In this document: positions 1-12,163 of the stretch, in pieces
How the letters are laid out: each line of letters begins with the position of its first letter
Numbering within the stretch: the first letter of the stretch is position 1
Source: Lachnospiraceae bacterium
Lineage (GTDB): Bacteria; Bacillota; Clostridia; Lachnospirales; Lachnospiraceae
Assembly: GCA_017443065.1 (NCBI GenBank)
Contig: JAFSPF010000079.1
Span: forward strand, 11,326 to 75,325
Direction: 5' to 3'
DNA: 64,000 nucleotides
Notes under the pieces: generated by a model
The model's database searches: none
Told to the model about the DNA's origin: nothing
What the model saw: the letters and a program-made list of their open reading frames with translations, nothing else
Position numbers and translations under genes: made by a program

Positions 1-486
1 GCCGCCGCCTCGCGTGACGCCGTGATGCAGGACTTCCTTGCCATCATCGAGCCGGAGCTGCAGGCGGAATTCGGCGACAATGTAAAGGTCACCAGGAATG
101 ACATGCGCATCGTCGTGGATTTCTGGGTGGATGACCTGATCACGAATCTTTCTTCGGCGCAGGTGGACGACAGCACCATGGACCTCTGGATCTCCACCAA
201 GGAAAGAGCGGACGAGCTGTGCACCACCTACTTCAGCCAGCTGCACGGCTTCGGCGTTTCCAATGCGCATATCAATGTCAATCTCCTGAACGAACGGGAC
301 AGGGACAAGATCATCCTGTCCTACGAAGACGGCAGACTCGTCCATGACGGCCTGCCGGATTCCCATCTGCGCTCACAGATGGAGAAGTATATTCTGACGG
401 ATACCTCCGCCGCCACGGACAGCTCCGCCGCTACCGGCGCGACCGGCGCAACGGACACCGGCGCAACAACCGGTACCGGTAACTAA
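1..486 (+). CDS. hypothetical protein with a Thr/Ala/Gly-rich tail; 5' end probably outside the window
   Basis: ORF 22..486 stays open in the same frame back to base 1. It has the strong G/C third-position bias seen in real genes of this background. No family motif recognised. Confidence 0.55.
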   Translation, partial: AAASRDAVMQDFLAIIEPELQAEFGDNVKVTRNDMRIVVDFWVDDLITNLSSAQVDDSTMDLWISTKERADELCTTYFSQLHGFGVSNAHINVNLLNERDRDKIILSYEDGRLVHDGLPDSHLRSQMEKYILTDTSAATDSSAATGATGATDTGATTGTGN

Positions 487-520
487 GCGCAGACAGCGCG
501 GATATTGTTGCAATAAAAAA

Positions 521-593
521 AGCTGCTGACGGGAATCGGACCCGTGACCTCCGCACTACCAATGCGACGCACTACCGACTGTGCTACAGCAGC
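521..593 (-). tRNA. tRNA-Thr (anticodon GGU)
   Basis: The reverse complement folds as a 73-nt cloverleaf. Acceptor GCUGCUG/CAGCAGC; D stem GCAC/GUGC; anticodon stem UCGCA/UGCGG; loop UUGGUAG; variable AGGUC; T stem ACGGG/CCCGU; discriminator U. CCA is not encoded and a U-run follows. The T loop reads UCCGAUU, so position 55 is C rather than U, which is atypical. Confidence 0.8.
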
Positions 594-672
594 CTGCGGT
601 TCTTCTATCCCGCTCCGCCGCATCTGGCGAACGACAGGTGACATATAGTATAATAGAAAAACCACGTCAACC

Positions 673-701
673 ATTCTATCAGACGGCACCTGCTTTGTCA
701 A
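673..701 (-). promoter_or_regulatory. sigma-70-type promoter, likely for tRNA-Thr
   Basis: On the minus strand: TTGACA, a 17-nt spacer, then TAGAAT, about 80 nt upstream of the tRNA 5' end. Confidence 0.5.
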
Positions 702-772
702 CGAATCCGCCCATGACGGACAGAACGAATCCGCCCCTGACAGACAGCAAACATGCCGCATGGAGAACAGGA

Positions 773-1408
773 ATGGAAGAAAACCGTCTTCCCGCATCCT
801 ACCGCAGCGTGCATGCAAAGGCCGCCGCGGAGATCATCGAAAAAAAATCCCGTTTCATCGGTGAGATTTTTCCTGCTGCCACGGAGGAGGAGGCGCTTTC
901 GCACATCGCCGCCGTGAAGAAGCAATACTATGACGCAAGGCATCACTGCTCCGCCTTTATCTGCGGCACGCGCGGGGAGCTCCTGCGTTCCTCCGATGAC
1001 GGCGAGCCGCAGGGGACGGCCGGAAAGCCGATTCTTGCCGTGCTCACGGGCGCGGGCCTGACGAACACACTGATTGTCGTGACACGCTATTTCGGCGGCA
1101 CGCTTCTCGGCACGGGCGGCCTCACCAGGGCCTACACGCAGGCCGCGCAGGCAGCGCTTTCCGCAGCGCAAATCGACACGCACACCTTCGGTCAGGACAT
1201 CACCGCCACGGTCTCCTATTCCCTCTCCGGCGCGGTGGAACGCGCCCTGCGCAAAACAGGCTTTGCCATGGAAACACCCGTATACGAAAACGACGTGCGC
1301 TTTACGGTCTTTGTCCCCGTCGCGCACGCCGATGCTCTCATAAACGATTTAACGAATATTTGTAGTGGAAATATCGATATCTCTCTGAGTGACCCCCGTT
1401 ACAACTGA
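773..1408 (+). CDS. yigZ: YigZ / IMPACT (UPF0029) family protein
   Basis: Motifs EKKSRFIG, HHCSAF, DDGEPQGTAG and VVTRYFGG match the family. I chose the ATG at 773 (GGAGA upstream). The track ORF start at 581 overlaps the tRNA and its promoter. Confidence 0.85.
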   Translation: MEENRLPASYRSVHAKAAAEIIEKKSRFIGEIFPAATEEEALSHIAAVKKQYYDARHHCSAFICGTRGELLRSSDDGEPQGTAGKPILAVLTGAGLTNTLIVVTRYFGGTLLGTGGLTRAYTQAAQAALSAAQIDTHTFGQDITATVSYSLSGAVERALRKTGFAMETPVYENDVRFTVFVPVAHADALINDLTNICSGNIDISLSDPRYN

Positions 1409-1458
1409 AGAAGCCTCCCGCCATCCGTTCCGCGGGACTCCTGCTGCCACGCGGCCGC

Positions 1459-4386
1459 TCAGCCCCCGTCCCCGCCGGCTTCCGGCTGCGGAGTCGGATC
1501 AGGCGCAGGCTGTGCGTTCGGATCCGGCTGTGCATTGGGATCCGGTACGGGCTGCGCGTTCGGATCCGGCTGCGCTCCCGTATCCCGGAACAAATTGAAG
1601 ACGGAACCGTTTTCCGCAAAGCGCTGGAAGGCAAGCGCCGCAAAGTGCTGGGCCTGGTTGCGCGCCGTCTCGTCATCGGCGCCGGCCTCCTTGAAATAAT
1701 TGTAGGACTGCTGGTACAGAGTCTGTGGGCTTTCCGGCAGCGTCCAGAACACGGCATCATGGTTGCACTTCTTGCGCACCACCTGCTGCTGTCCGTTTTC
1801 ATCCACGACGACTTCCGTCTCCGCGCCCGCCACCTCCGTGCGGTTGCCGGCCTGTGAGCCTCTCGCCACATGATCCGGTTCGATCGGCGGCAGGACGCTC
1901 ACCTCCTCCACCGCGAACGGGCAGTGCGTATTGGCCTGGAGCTTTGTGGCGCGGCAGATGTTGCCCTTGAAATGCTGGTCACAGGTGGCCGTCGGCACCG
2001 TGCCGACCTCAAAGAGCTCCGTATGAACATGGCCGTCACACATGCCCGCCACCGGCAGCTTGCCGGATTCGCTGCAGACCGCGGCCGAGGTCAGGCCCTC
2101 CGCCGGCGGAATGAAATCCAGGTACTCCTTCCCTTCATGCACCTGTCCCATGATCTTGCCCCAGAGCCTTGTCGCCATCTGGGTATTCGGCAGTACCTCG
2201 TTATTATCATAGCCCACCCACACGGTGCAGGTGTAATATCTTGTGTAGCCGGAGAACCAGCTGTCACGGTCATCGGAGGTGGTACCCGTTTTCCCCGCCA
2301 CCGCCGTCGTGCCGAAGTTGGCATTGGCGCCGTTGCCCCAGCTCACGACATCCTTCATGGCGCTCGTCAGAAGATAGGCCGTTGTTTCCTTTAACACCCG
2401 GCGTGTAATCCGGTTTTCGGGTTCTCTGTAATCAATCAGGATATTGCCCTGGTTGTCCGTGACATGGGTGTAATAGGTCGGCTTCACATAAACGCCGCCG
2501 TTGGCGATGGCCGCGTAGGCCGCGTTGAGCTCCACGTTTTTGACACCCTGCGTGATGCCGCCGAGCGCCATGGACTGGGTGATGTCGGAATAAATCTCAT
2601 CCCCGACGCGCATGGATTCGACCAGCGTCGTAAAGCCGAAGCGCTGCAGGTATTCGTAGCCGAGCTGCGGCGTGATCCAGGTTAAGGTCTTTACGGTGAC
2701 AACGTTCGCGGAGTCTTTGATCGCGTTGCGCAGGGAGTACATGCCGCGGTATTCCTGTCCCCACCAGTTGCGCACCAGGCGTCCGTTGTCATAGGCGAAG
2801 GGCGCGTCGTTAATCGTTGTGGCGAGGCTCATGCCGTAATCATCCAGCGCCGGCGCATAGGTACTGACAACCTTGAAGGTGGAGCCGGGCTGACGCGTCG
2901 TGTCCGATGCACGGTTCAGGGTACGGGACGCTTCCTTGGGGCCGCGTCCGCCGACCATCGCCACGACATGACCGTTTGACTGATCGGCAATGACCACGGA
3001 GGTCTGCGGCTGCAGCGTCAAAGAAATCCGCTCGTCAAAAACCTTGTCGCCCTCCTGCAGCACGGCCGCCTTATACTCTTCCACCGCGGCATAGGCGTCC
3101 TCTTCCGTATTATACAGGCGGTTATAATTCACATTGAACTGTTTGAAATAGGTCTCCAGCATTTCCTGGGAGTGATTCTCCAGCGTGCCGTCCGCCTTTT
3201 CGATCGTCAGCGCATAGGACAAAAGGACCAGTGTGTAGGGCGGATAGTTTTCCGGATCCGCCACGATCTCATCCGCGATCCGCTGGATCCTCGGATCCTG
3301 CGTCGAATAGATCTTGAGTCCGCTGGAATACATCAGCGTGAAGGCCTGTGTCTCATTGTAGCCGAGATCCATCAGGTCCTCCTTTAACTGAACGGTCAGT
3401 GCGTCCACGAAATAGCTCGTGACATCCGTGCCCTCCTGCTCCGCGTTCACCAGCTGGATGCGGGAATACACATCATCCGCCATGGCCTGGTCATACTCTT
3501 CCTGCGTGATCATGCCCTGTTCCTTCATGTTCCCGAGGACACGCCCGCGACGCTTTTCGTTTTCCTCCGGATAAGAGATCGGATTGTAGCCGGAGGGATT
3601 CTGCGTGATGCCGGCGATACAGGCACTCTCCGAAAGCGAGAGCTCCGAAACGGATTTGCCGAAATACCGGAGCGACGCGGCCTGCACGCCCAGCGTGTTC
3701 TGCCCGAGGTTGATCGTATTCATGTAATTGAGCAGGATGTCATCCTTTGTCATGTGCTTTTCCAGCTCAATCGCAAGGAACTGCTCCTGGAACTTCCGCT
3801 TCCACTTGGCAAAGCCCGTCTGCCCGATCCAGTCGGTGAAGACATTGTTCTTTAAGAGCTGCTGGGTGATGGTGGAGGCGCCCTGCGAGAAGTCCCCGCT
3901 GGTGATGCCCTCGAAGCCCGCACGGATGATACCGTAGATATCAATGCCGTTGTGTGTGTAGAAGCGCTCGTCCTCGATGGCGACGAAGGCGTTCTTTAGA
4001 TTTTTCGGAATCATGTCCCATGTCACGGGGATACGGTTGGAATCCTGCGACACAAGCTTCGCGATCTGGTTGCCGTCCGCATCATAGACGAAGGTGGAGT
4101 AGCCGCGCGGTGTCACGGTGATGCCGGAGATGTCCGGCGCCGAAGACAGCACCCCCCGGAACGCGCCGATCCCGACCGCAAGTCCGATCGCGATCGCGGC
4201 CACGGCGGCGATAATCACCACATGAAACACCAGCACGGTGATCTTGTGATACAGCTTCTCCGTATGACCCAGCAGGGCTTTTTCCTGTTTGCGGATCCCG
4301 CGTCTTGTGAAGTCCATAGGCTTTTTGATTATACCACAAAATAATTTCCGGAGAAACAAAAAGATCATTTTTGCCGCTTTGATCAC
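1459..4386 (-). CDS. class A penicillin-binding protein (transglycosylase + transpeptidase)
   Basis: An N-terminal TM helix. Glycosyltransferase motifs EDERFYTHNGID and RKFQE. Transpeptidase motifs STFK, SAN and KTGTT. The C-terminal region is Cys-rich and then carries PDPNAQ repeats. The start is uncertain: GTG at 4386, or ATG at 4368 or 4317. Confidence 0.9.
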   Translation of the reverse strand: MIKAAKMIFLFLRKLFCGIIKKPMDFTRRGIRKQEKALLGHTEKLYHKITVLVFHVVIIAAVAAIAIGLAVGIGAFRGVLSSAPDISGITVTPRGYSTFVYDADGNQIAKLVSQDSNRIPVTWDMIPKNLKNAFVAIEDERFYTHNGIDIYGIIRAGFEGITSGDFSQGASTITQQLLKNNVFTDWIGQTGFAKWKRKFQEQFLAIELEKHMTKDDILLNYMNTINLGQNTLGVQAASLRYFGKSVSELSLSESACIAGITQNPSGYNPISYPEENEKRRGRVLGNMKEQGMITQEEYDQAMADDVYSRIQLVNAEQEGTDVTSYFVDALTVQLKEDLMDLGYNETQAFTLMYSSGLKIYSTQDPRIQRIADEIVADPENYPPYTLVLLSYALTIEKADGTLENHSQEMLETYFKQFNVNYNRLYNTEEDAYAAVEEYKAAVLQEGDKVFDERISLTLQPQTSVVIADQSNGHVVAMVGGRGPKEASRTLNRASDTTRQPGSTFKVVSTYAPALDDYGMSLATTINDAPFAYDNGRLVRNWWGQEYRGMYSLRNAIKDSANVVTVKTLTWITPQLGYEYLQRFGFTTLVESMRVGDEIYSDITQSMALGGITQGVKNVELNAAYAAIANGGVYVKPTYYTHVTDNQGNILIDYREPENRITRRVLKETTAYLLTSAMKDVVSWGNGANANFGTTAVAGKTGTTSDDRDSWFSGYTRYYTCTVWVGYDNNEVLPNTQMATRLWGKIMGQVHEGKEYLDFIPPAEGLTSAAVCSESGKLPVAGMCDGHVHTELFEVGTVPTATCDQHFKGNICRATKLQANTHCPFAVEEVSVLPPIEPDHVARGSQAGNRTEVAGAETEVVVDENGQQQVVRKKCNHDAVFWTLPESPQTLYQQSYNYFKEAGADDETARNQAQHFAALAFQRFAENGSVFNLFRDTGAQPDPNAQPVPDPNAQPDPNAQPAPDPTPQPEAGGDGG

Positions 4387-4466
4387 GCTTATTTTTTGTG
4401 CAATATGCCGAATCTGAAAACATCTGTTGCGCTTTTTGCGTGCATATTATACAATCAATTCGGTAA

Positions 4467-6014
<1,548 letters not shown>

Positions 6015-6066
6015 CACAAAAAAAGTATTGTTGGGTGTATGTTTTTAAAGTATAAGGAGGATAGTT

Positions 6067-6780
6067 ATGACAGCTTATATTGCGGAATTTGTAGGGACAC
6101 TGTTTCTGGTACTTCTGGGTGACGGCGTATGCTGTAACGTCTCCCTCAACAAGTCAGGCATGAAGGGCGGCAACTCCGTTCACATCCTGATCGGCTGGGG
6201 TATGGCCGTTATGGTGCCGGCCTACACCTTCGGCGCGGCTTCGGGTTCCCACTTTAACCCTGCCGTGACGATCGGCGCGGCCGTCCGCGGCGGCTTTGAC
6301 TGGAACATGGTACCCGGCTACATCATCGCACAGCTGCTCGGCGGCTTCTGCGGCGCAGTCGTCCTGATGATTCTGTATCATGACCACATCAAGGCAACGG
6401 ACGAAGACGATGTCATCCGCGGCTGCTTCTGCACGGGACCGTCCATCCGCAACCAGGGCCTCAACTTCCTTTCGGAGTTCGTCGCCACCTTCATGCTGGT
6501 CTTCACGCTGGCCGCGATCCCGGGCAACGCCGGTGATTCCGCCGTCAGCTGGGTGCTGGTCTACGGCGTCATCGTTTCCATGGGCGCGTCCTTCGGCGGC
6601 CTGACGGGCTATGCCATGAACGCGGCCAGAGATTCCGCACCGCGCCTTGCCTATCAGCTCATCGGACCGAACAAGGGCAGCAAGAACCCTGACTGGGGCT
6701 ACGGCTGGATTCCGCTCATTGCACCGATCTGCGGCGGTATCTGCGCTTCCCTCGCCTACATGGCGATCTTCGCAGCATAA
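6067..6780 (+). CDS. glpF: glycerol uptake facilitator (MIP/aquaglyceroporin)
   Basis: A six-TM MIP profile. The first NPA box is HFNPAVT. The second box reads NAARD rather than NPARD. AGGAGG RBS. Directly follows glpK. Confidence 0.9.
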   Translation: MTAYIAEFVGTLFLVLLGDGVCCNVSLNKSGMKGGNSVHILIGWGMAVMVPAYTFGAASGSHFNPAVTIGAAVRGGFDWNMVPGYIIAQLLGGFCGAVVLMILYHDHIKATDEDDVIRGCFCTGPSIRNQGLNFLSEFVATFMLVFTLAAIPGNAGDSAVSWVLVYGVIVSMGASFGGLTGYAMNAARDSAPRLAYQLIGPNKGSKNPDWGYGWIPLIAPICGGICASLAYMAIFAA

Positions 6781-6831
6781 GGAAGCGTACCGGGGAATCC
6801 GGACAACTGAATAACTTCTTTACAGGCAACC

Positions 6832-6883
6832 GGGGGGCCGGCGGATAAAACATCGGATAGAGGTTTCATTTTGCCGGTCCCCC
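6832..6883 (+). promoter_or_regulatory. GC-rich hairpin between glpF and the G3P oxidoreductase genes (candidate attenuator or weak terminator)
   Basis: GGGGGGCCGGC (6832-6842) pairs with GCCGGTCCCCC (6873-6883), with one G-T wobble and a 30-nt loop. Only TTT follows. Confidence 0.3.
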
Positions 6884-6905
6884 TTTACGCAAGGAGAAAT
6901 AACGT

Positions 6906-8357
6906 ATGTATGATATTATCATCATCGGCGCAGGCGTCACGGGCGCGGCCGTCGCAAGGGAACTCTCCCGCTACGACGCGCGGATCTGCGTGCTCGAGCG
7001 TGAGGAGGATGTCTGCTGCGGAACCTCCAAGGCCAATTCGGCCATCGTCCATGCAGGCTTTGACGCCGCGGAGGGCTCGCTCATGGCACGCTTCAACGTC
7101 CGCGGCAACGAACTGATGGAGGATCTCGCAAAGGATCTGGACATCCCCTTCCGGCGCAATGGCTCCCTTGTCGTCTGCATTCACAAGGAAGAGCTGGACG
7201 GCCTGCAGGAGCTCTATGACCGCGGCGTCAAAAACGGCGTTCCGGATTTACGGATTCTTTCCAAAGAAGAGCTTCTGGAAATGGAGCCGAATCTTTCCGA
7301 CAACGCGGAGGGCGCACTCTACGCCCCGACCGGCGGCATCATCTGTCCCTTCAAGCTGAATATCGCGCTTGCGGAAAACGCCTTTGTAAACGGCGTGGAA
7401 TTCCGCTTCAACACCAGGGCGGAGCATCTTTCGCGGGATGAGGAGGGGCTTTGGCACATCCGGACGAACAACGGCGAATATGTCACACGCTATGTGGTGA
7501 ACGCCGCGGGTCTTTACGCGGATTTCTTCCACAACATGGTCAGCGAAAAGAAAATTCACATCACCCCGCGCAGGGGCGATTACTGCATTCTGGATAAGGA
7601 AACCGGGGATCTCGTCGACAAGACGATCTTCCCGCAGCCTTCGAAGATGGGCAAGGGCATCCTGGTGGCGCCGACGATCCACGGCAATCTCTTTGTCGGT
7701 CCCACCGCCATTGATATCGATGACAAGGAAGGCACCGCCACCACCGCCGAGGGCATCGCGCAGCTCATCGAAAAGGGCGGCATGTATGTCAAAGACTTGC
7801 CCATCCGCAAGGTGATCACCTCCTTTGCGGGCTTACGCGCGCATGAGGACGGGCATGAATTCATCCTCGGCGAAGTGGAGGACGCGCCGCACTTCATCGA
7901 CTGTGCGGGCATCGAATCGCCGGGCCTGACCTCCTGCCCCGCCATCGGCGAATACATCGGCGGAATGCTGCGCGACAAGATGAATCTTACGGAAAAGAAG
8001 GACTGGAAGGGCACGCGCAAGGACGTGATCAGCACGGAGGGCTTGTCTCTCGAAGAGCGCAACAAGCTCATCAGGGAAAATCCTGCCTTCGGCACGATCA
8101 TCTGCCGCTGCGAATCCGTCACCGAGGGAGAAATCCTGGACGCGATCCACAGACCCTTAGGCGCACGCTCCCTGGACGGCGTCAAGCGCCGCACGCGCGC
8201 CGGCATGGGCCGCTGCCAGGCGGGCTTCTGCTCTCCGCGCGTCATGGAGATCCTGCAGCGTGAGCTGAATCTTCCGATGGAGGAAATCACAAAGACCGGC
8301 GGCAAGAGTAACATGGTCTTTTACCGCACAAAAGAGGAAGGAGGGCACACCGCATGA
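6906..8357 (+). CDS. FAD-dependent glycerol-3-phosphate dehydrogenase/oxidase-like protein with a BFD-like [2Fe-2S] domain
   Basis: An N-terminal GAGVTG dinucleotide fold. C-terminal CRCESVTEGE...GMGRCQAGFC motif. Sits in glycerol-cluster context. Confidence 0.8.
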   Translation: MYDIIIIGAGVTGAAVARELSRYDARICVLEREEDVCCGTSKANSAIVHAGFDAAEGSLMARFNVRGNELMEDLAKDLDIPFRRNGSLVVCIHKEELDGLQELYDRGVKNGVPDLRILSKEELLEMEPNLSDNAEGALYAPTGGIICPFKLNIALAENAFVNGVEFRFNTRAEHLSRDEEGLWHIRTNNGEYVTRYVVNAAGLYADFFHNMVSEKKIHITPRRGDYCILDKETGDLVDKTIFPQPSKMGKGILVAPTIHGNLFVGPTAIDIDDKEGTATTAEGIAQLIEKGGMYVKDLPIRKVITSFAGLRAHEDGHEFILGEVEDAPHFIDCAGIESPGLTSCPAIGEYIGGMLRDKMNLTEKKDWKGTRKDVISTEGLSLEERNKLIRENPAFGTIICRCESVTEGEILDAIHRPLGARSLDGVKRRTRAGMGRCQAGFCSPRVMEILQRELNLPMEEITKTGGKSNMVFYRTKEEGGHTA

Positions 8358-9619
8358 AATCCTATGACATCGTGATTGTCGGCGGAGGCCCCGCCGGACT
8401 CGCGGCCGCGGTTGCCGCAAAGAAAGCCGGGAATGATTCCATCCTGATCTTAGAGCGGGATCATGAGCTCGGCGGTATTTTGAACCAGTGCATTCACAAC
8501 GGCTTCGGTCTGCACACCTTCAAGGAGGAGCTGACCGGACCGGAATACGCCTCGCGTTTCATCGATCAGGTGAAGGAGCTGCAGATTGATTACAAGCTCA
8601 ACACGATGGTCATGGATATCGCGGCGGACAAAACCGTCACGGCCATGAACCGGGAGGACGGGATGTTCCAAATCCCCGCAAAGGCCGTGATCCTCGCCAT
8701 GGGCTGCAGGGAGCGTCCGCGCGGCGCGCTCAACATCCCGGGCTACCGTCCCGCTGGGATTTATTCGGCCGGCACCGCGCAGCGCCTCGTCAACATCGAG
8801 GGCTTCATGCCCGGCAAGGAAATCGTGATCTTAGGCAGTGGCGACATCGGCCTCATCATGGCGCGCCGCATGACCTTTGAGGGTGCAAAGGTGCAATGCG
8901 TTGCGGAGCTCATGCCCTATTCGGGCGGCCTGAAGCGCAACATCGTGCAGTGCCTGGATGATTACGGCATCCCGCTCCTGCTCTCCCACACCGTTGTGGA
9001 CATCAAGGGCAAAGAACGCGTGGAGGGCGTCACGATCGCGGAGGTGGATGAACGCAGCAAACCGGTACCCGGCACAGAGAAATTCTACAGCTGCGATACG
9101 CTGATGCTCTCCACGGGTTTGATTCCGGAAAACGAGCTCTCGCGCAGTGCCGGGGTCGATATGAATCCCGTCACGAACGGTCCCTTCGTCAACGAGTCCT
9201 TCGAGACCAGCATCGAGGGCGTCTTCGCCTGCGGCAACGTGCTGCATGTGCATGACCTCGTGGACTATGTTTCGGAGGAGGCGGCCAAGGCCGGCGAACA
9301 CGCCGCGGCCTACGTCAAGGCGGGACGCGAGGCCGCTTCCGCGGAGGAGATCAGGGTGAAGGCGACGGGCGGTGCGCGCTATACGGTGCCGACGACTGTT
9401 TCCCTTGACCGCCTCGGTGATCTGCTGACCGTCCGCTTCCGTGTGGGCGCTGTGTATAAGGATGCCTTCGTCAGCGTGTACCTGGACGGCGAGCGCGTGA
9501 CGCATCAGAAGAAACGCATCATCGCGCCGGGCGAAATGGAACAGGTCATTTTGAAAAAGGAACAGCTGACTGCGCACACGGGACTGAAGGAAATCACGGT
9601 CACCGTGGAGACGGAATAA
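8354..9619 (+). CDS. FAD/NAD(P)-dependent pyridine nucleotide-disulfide-type oxidoreductase, partner of the preceding gene
   Basis: GGGPAG and GSGDIG Rossmann motifs. A 4-nt start/stop overlap with the upstream gene. Confidence 0.8.
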   Translation: MKSYDIVIVGGGPAGLAAAVAAKKAGNDSILILERDHELGGILNQCIHNGFGLHTFKEELTGPEYASRFIDQVKELQIDYKLNTMVMDIAADKTVTAMNREDGMFQIPAKAVILAMGCRERPRGALNIPGYRPAGIYSAGTAQRLVNIEGFMPGKEIVILGSGDIGLIMARRMTFEGAKVQCVAELMPYSGGLKRNIVQCLDDYGIPLLLSHTVVDIKGKERVEGVTIAEVDERSKPVPGTEKFYSCDTLMLSTGLIPENELSRSAGVDMNPVTNGPFVNESFETSIEGVFACGNVLHVHDLVDYVSEEAAKAGEHAAAYVKAGREAASAEEIRVKATGGARYTVPTTVSLDRLGDLLTVRFRVGAVYKDAFVSVYLDGERVTHQKKRIIAPGEMEQVILKKEQLTAHTGLKEITVTVETE

Positions 9620-9632
9620 GGAGGGCGGCATC

Positions 9633-9992
9633 ATGGAAAAAAGAGAACTGACCTGTATCGGCTGCCCCATGGGTTGTCTCGTGACGGTCGAAATGGAGAA
9701 CGGTGAAATCCTGAATGTTACCGGCAACACCTGCAAGATCGGCGATACCTACGCGCGCAAGGAGGTCACGAATCCGACGCGCATCGTCACCTCGACGGTG
9801 ATGATCGAGGGATCGGACTTTACGCGTCTTCCGGTGAAGACCGCTTCGGATATTCCGAAGTCTTCGATCTTTGCGGTGATGGAGGTGATCAATCACGCGC
9901 ACGCGAAGGCGCCGGTGAAGATCGGTGATGTGGTGATCAAGGACGTTGCCGGGACAGGAGTGGATGTTGTGGCGACGCGGAACATAGCATAA
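9633..9992 (+). CDS. DUF1667 domain protein (third subunit of the clostridial G3P oxidoreductase trio)
   Basis: N-terminal CIGCPMGC...TGNTCKIG. Its size and position match DUF1667 genes that follow the two FAD proteins. Confidence 0.75.
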   Translation: MEKRELTCIGCPMGCLVTVEMENGEILNVTGNTCKIGDTYARKEVTNPTRIVTSTVMIEGSDFTRLPVKTASDIPKSSIFAVMEVINHAHAKAPVKIGDVVIKDVAGTGVDVVATRNIA

Positions 9993-10006
9993 GGAGGGGT
10001 ACAGAA

Positions 10007-10999
<993 letters not shown>

Positions 11000-11000
11000 G

Positions 11001-11618
11001 ATGGCAACAAAAACACAGGTCATTGACATCATTCACAAAGTCTCCGCTGCGATCGGCGAAAACGCGCAGTTCCTGACGGATCTGGACAACGCGATCGGCG
11101 ACGGCGACCACGGCATCAACTTAGCCCGCGGCTTTAAAAAGGTGGAGGAGGAGCTGCCCGCTGTCGCGGATAAGGACATCGGCGCGATCTTAAAAAAGGT
11201 CGGCATGACCCTGGTCTCCACCGTCGGCGGCGCCTCCGGCCCCCTCTACGGCACGGCCTTCATGAAGGCCGGCGATGCCGTAAAGGAAAAGGAGGAGGTG
11301 ACGGCGGAGGATTTCATCGCCATGCTGGAGGCCGGCATCGGTGGCGTGCAGCTGCGCGGCAAGGCCGAAAAGGGCGAGAAGACGATGCTGGACGCCATGA
11401 TCCCCGCACTTGATGCAATGCGGGAGGCGGGCACGGCGGACGCGAAGGCCATGCTCGAAGCCGGTCTCAAGGCCGCGAAGGAAGGCGTCGAATACACCAA
11501 AACCATCATCGCGACAAAGGGACGCGCTTCCTATCTCGGAGAGCGCTCCATCGGGCATCAGGATCCCGGCGCGAGCTCGTTTACGGTGATTCTGGAGACG
11601 GTGGCAAATACAGTGTAA
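11001..11618 (+). CDS. dhaL: dihydroxyacetone kinase subunit DhaL
   Basis: GDGDHGINL motif. Follows dhaK after 1 nt. Confidence 0.92.
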   Translation: MATKTQVIDIIHKVSAAIGENAQFLTDLDNAIGDGDHGINLARGFKKVEEELPAVADKDIGAILKKVGMTLVSTVGGASGPLYGTAFMKAGDAVKEKEEVTAEDFIAMLEAGIGGVQLRGKAEKGEKTMLDAMIPALDAMREAGTADAKAMLEAGLKAAKEGVEYTKTIIATKGRASYLGERSIGHQDPGASSFTVILETVANTV

Positions 11619-11674
11619 AAATCCTTCCCTTTGAGCGGAAGGCGGTAGCGTAGCTGCCGGATGAGGTGTCAAAA

Positions 11675-12058
11675 ATGGTAGGTGTCGTTATCGTTTCCCA
11701 TAGCAAGACCCTCGCGGAGGGCGTCCTGGAATTCTGCCGCGTGATGGCGGCCGAAGCACCGCTTGTCGCTGCCGGCGGCATGGAGGACGGCTCCTTCGGG
11801 ACGAGCTTTGAGAAGATCAAGGCCGCCGTGGAAAGCGTCAATCAGGGCGAGGGCGTCCTCGTGCTGATGGATGTGGGCAGTGCCGTGATGACAACCGAAA
11901 TGGTATTGGAAGACATCGCTGATGACAGCGTGCAGATGGTCGATTGCCCCCTCGTGGTGGGGGCAATCGCCGCTGCCGTGGCCGCCGAAGGCGGCCTGGA
12001 TTTCGAGTCCGTCAAAGCGGAGGCTCTCTCCGCCTGGGATGCGCGAAAGCTCTCCTGA
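11675..12058 (+). CDS. dhaM: PTS-dependent dihydroxyacetone kinase phosphotransferase subunit DhaM (EIIA-Man-like domain)
   Basis: VGVVIVSHSKTLAEGV N-terminus. ATG at 11675 with GAGGTG six nt upstream. The track start at 11666 is a GTG. Confidence 0.85.
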   Translation: MVGVVIVSHSKTLAEGVLEFCRVMAAEAPLVAAGGMEDGSFGTSFEKIKAAVESVNQGEGVLVLMDVGSAVMTTEMVLEDIADDSVQMVDCPLVVGAIAAAVAAEGGLDFESVKAEALSAWDARKLS

Positions 12059-12163
12059 GAACCATTCCTGAAAAGCGCGCTTTCCTCCTTGACAAATAGT
12101 CTGACAACAGTTACATTATAGGTGTCCTGTCAGACATCCGGTCTGTGCATGGGGGTGGGGAAT

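Noticed and set aside
483-818. 111-aa minus-strand ORF
   Set aside because: It runs straight through the tRNA-Thr gene and its promoter. Its composition is typical of a chance ORF in GC-rich DNA.
12059-12110. Palindrome AAAGCGCGCTTT after dhaM, considered as a terminator
   Set aside because: It is a perfect palindrome with no loop and no following T-run, so it is too weak to call from sequence alone.
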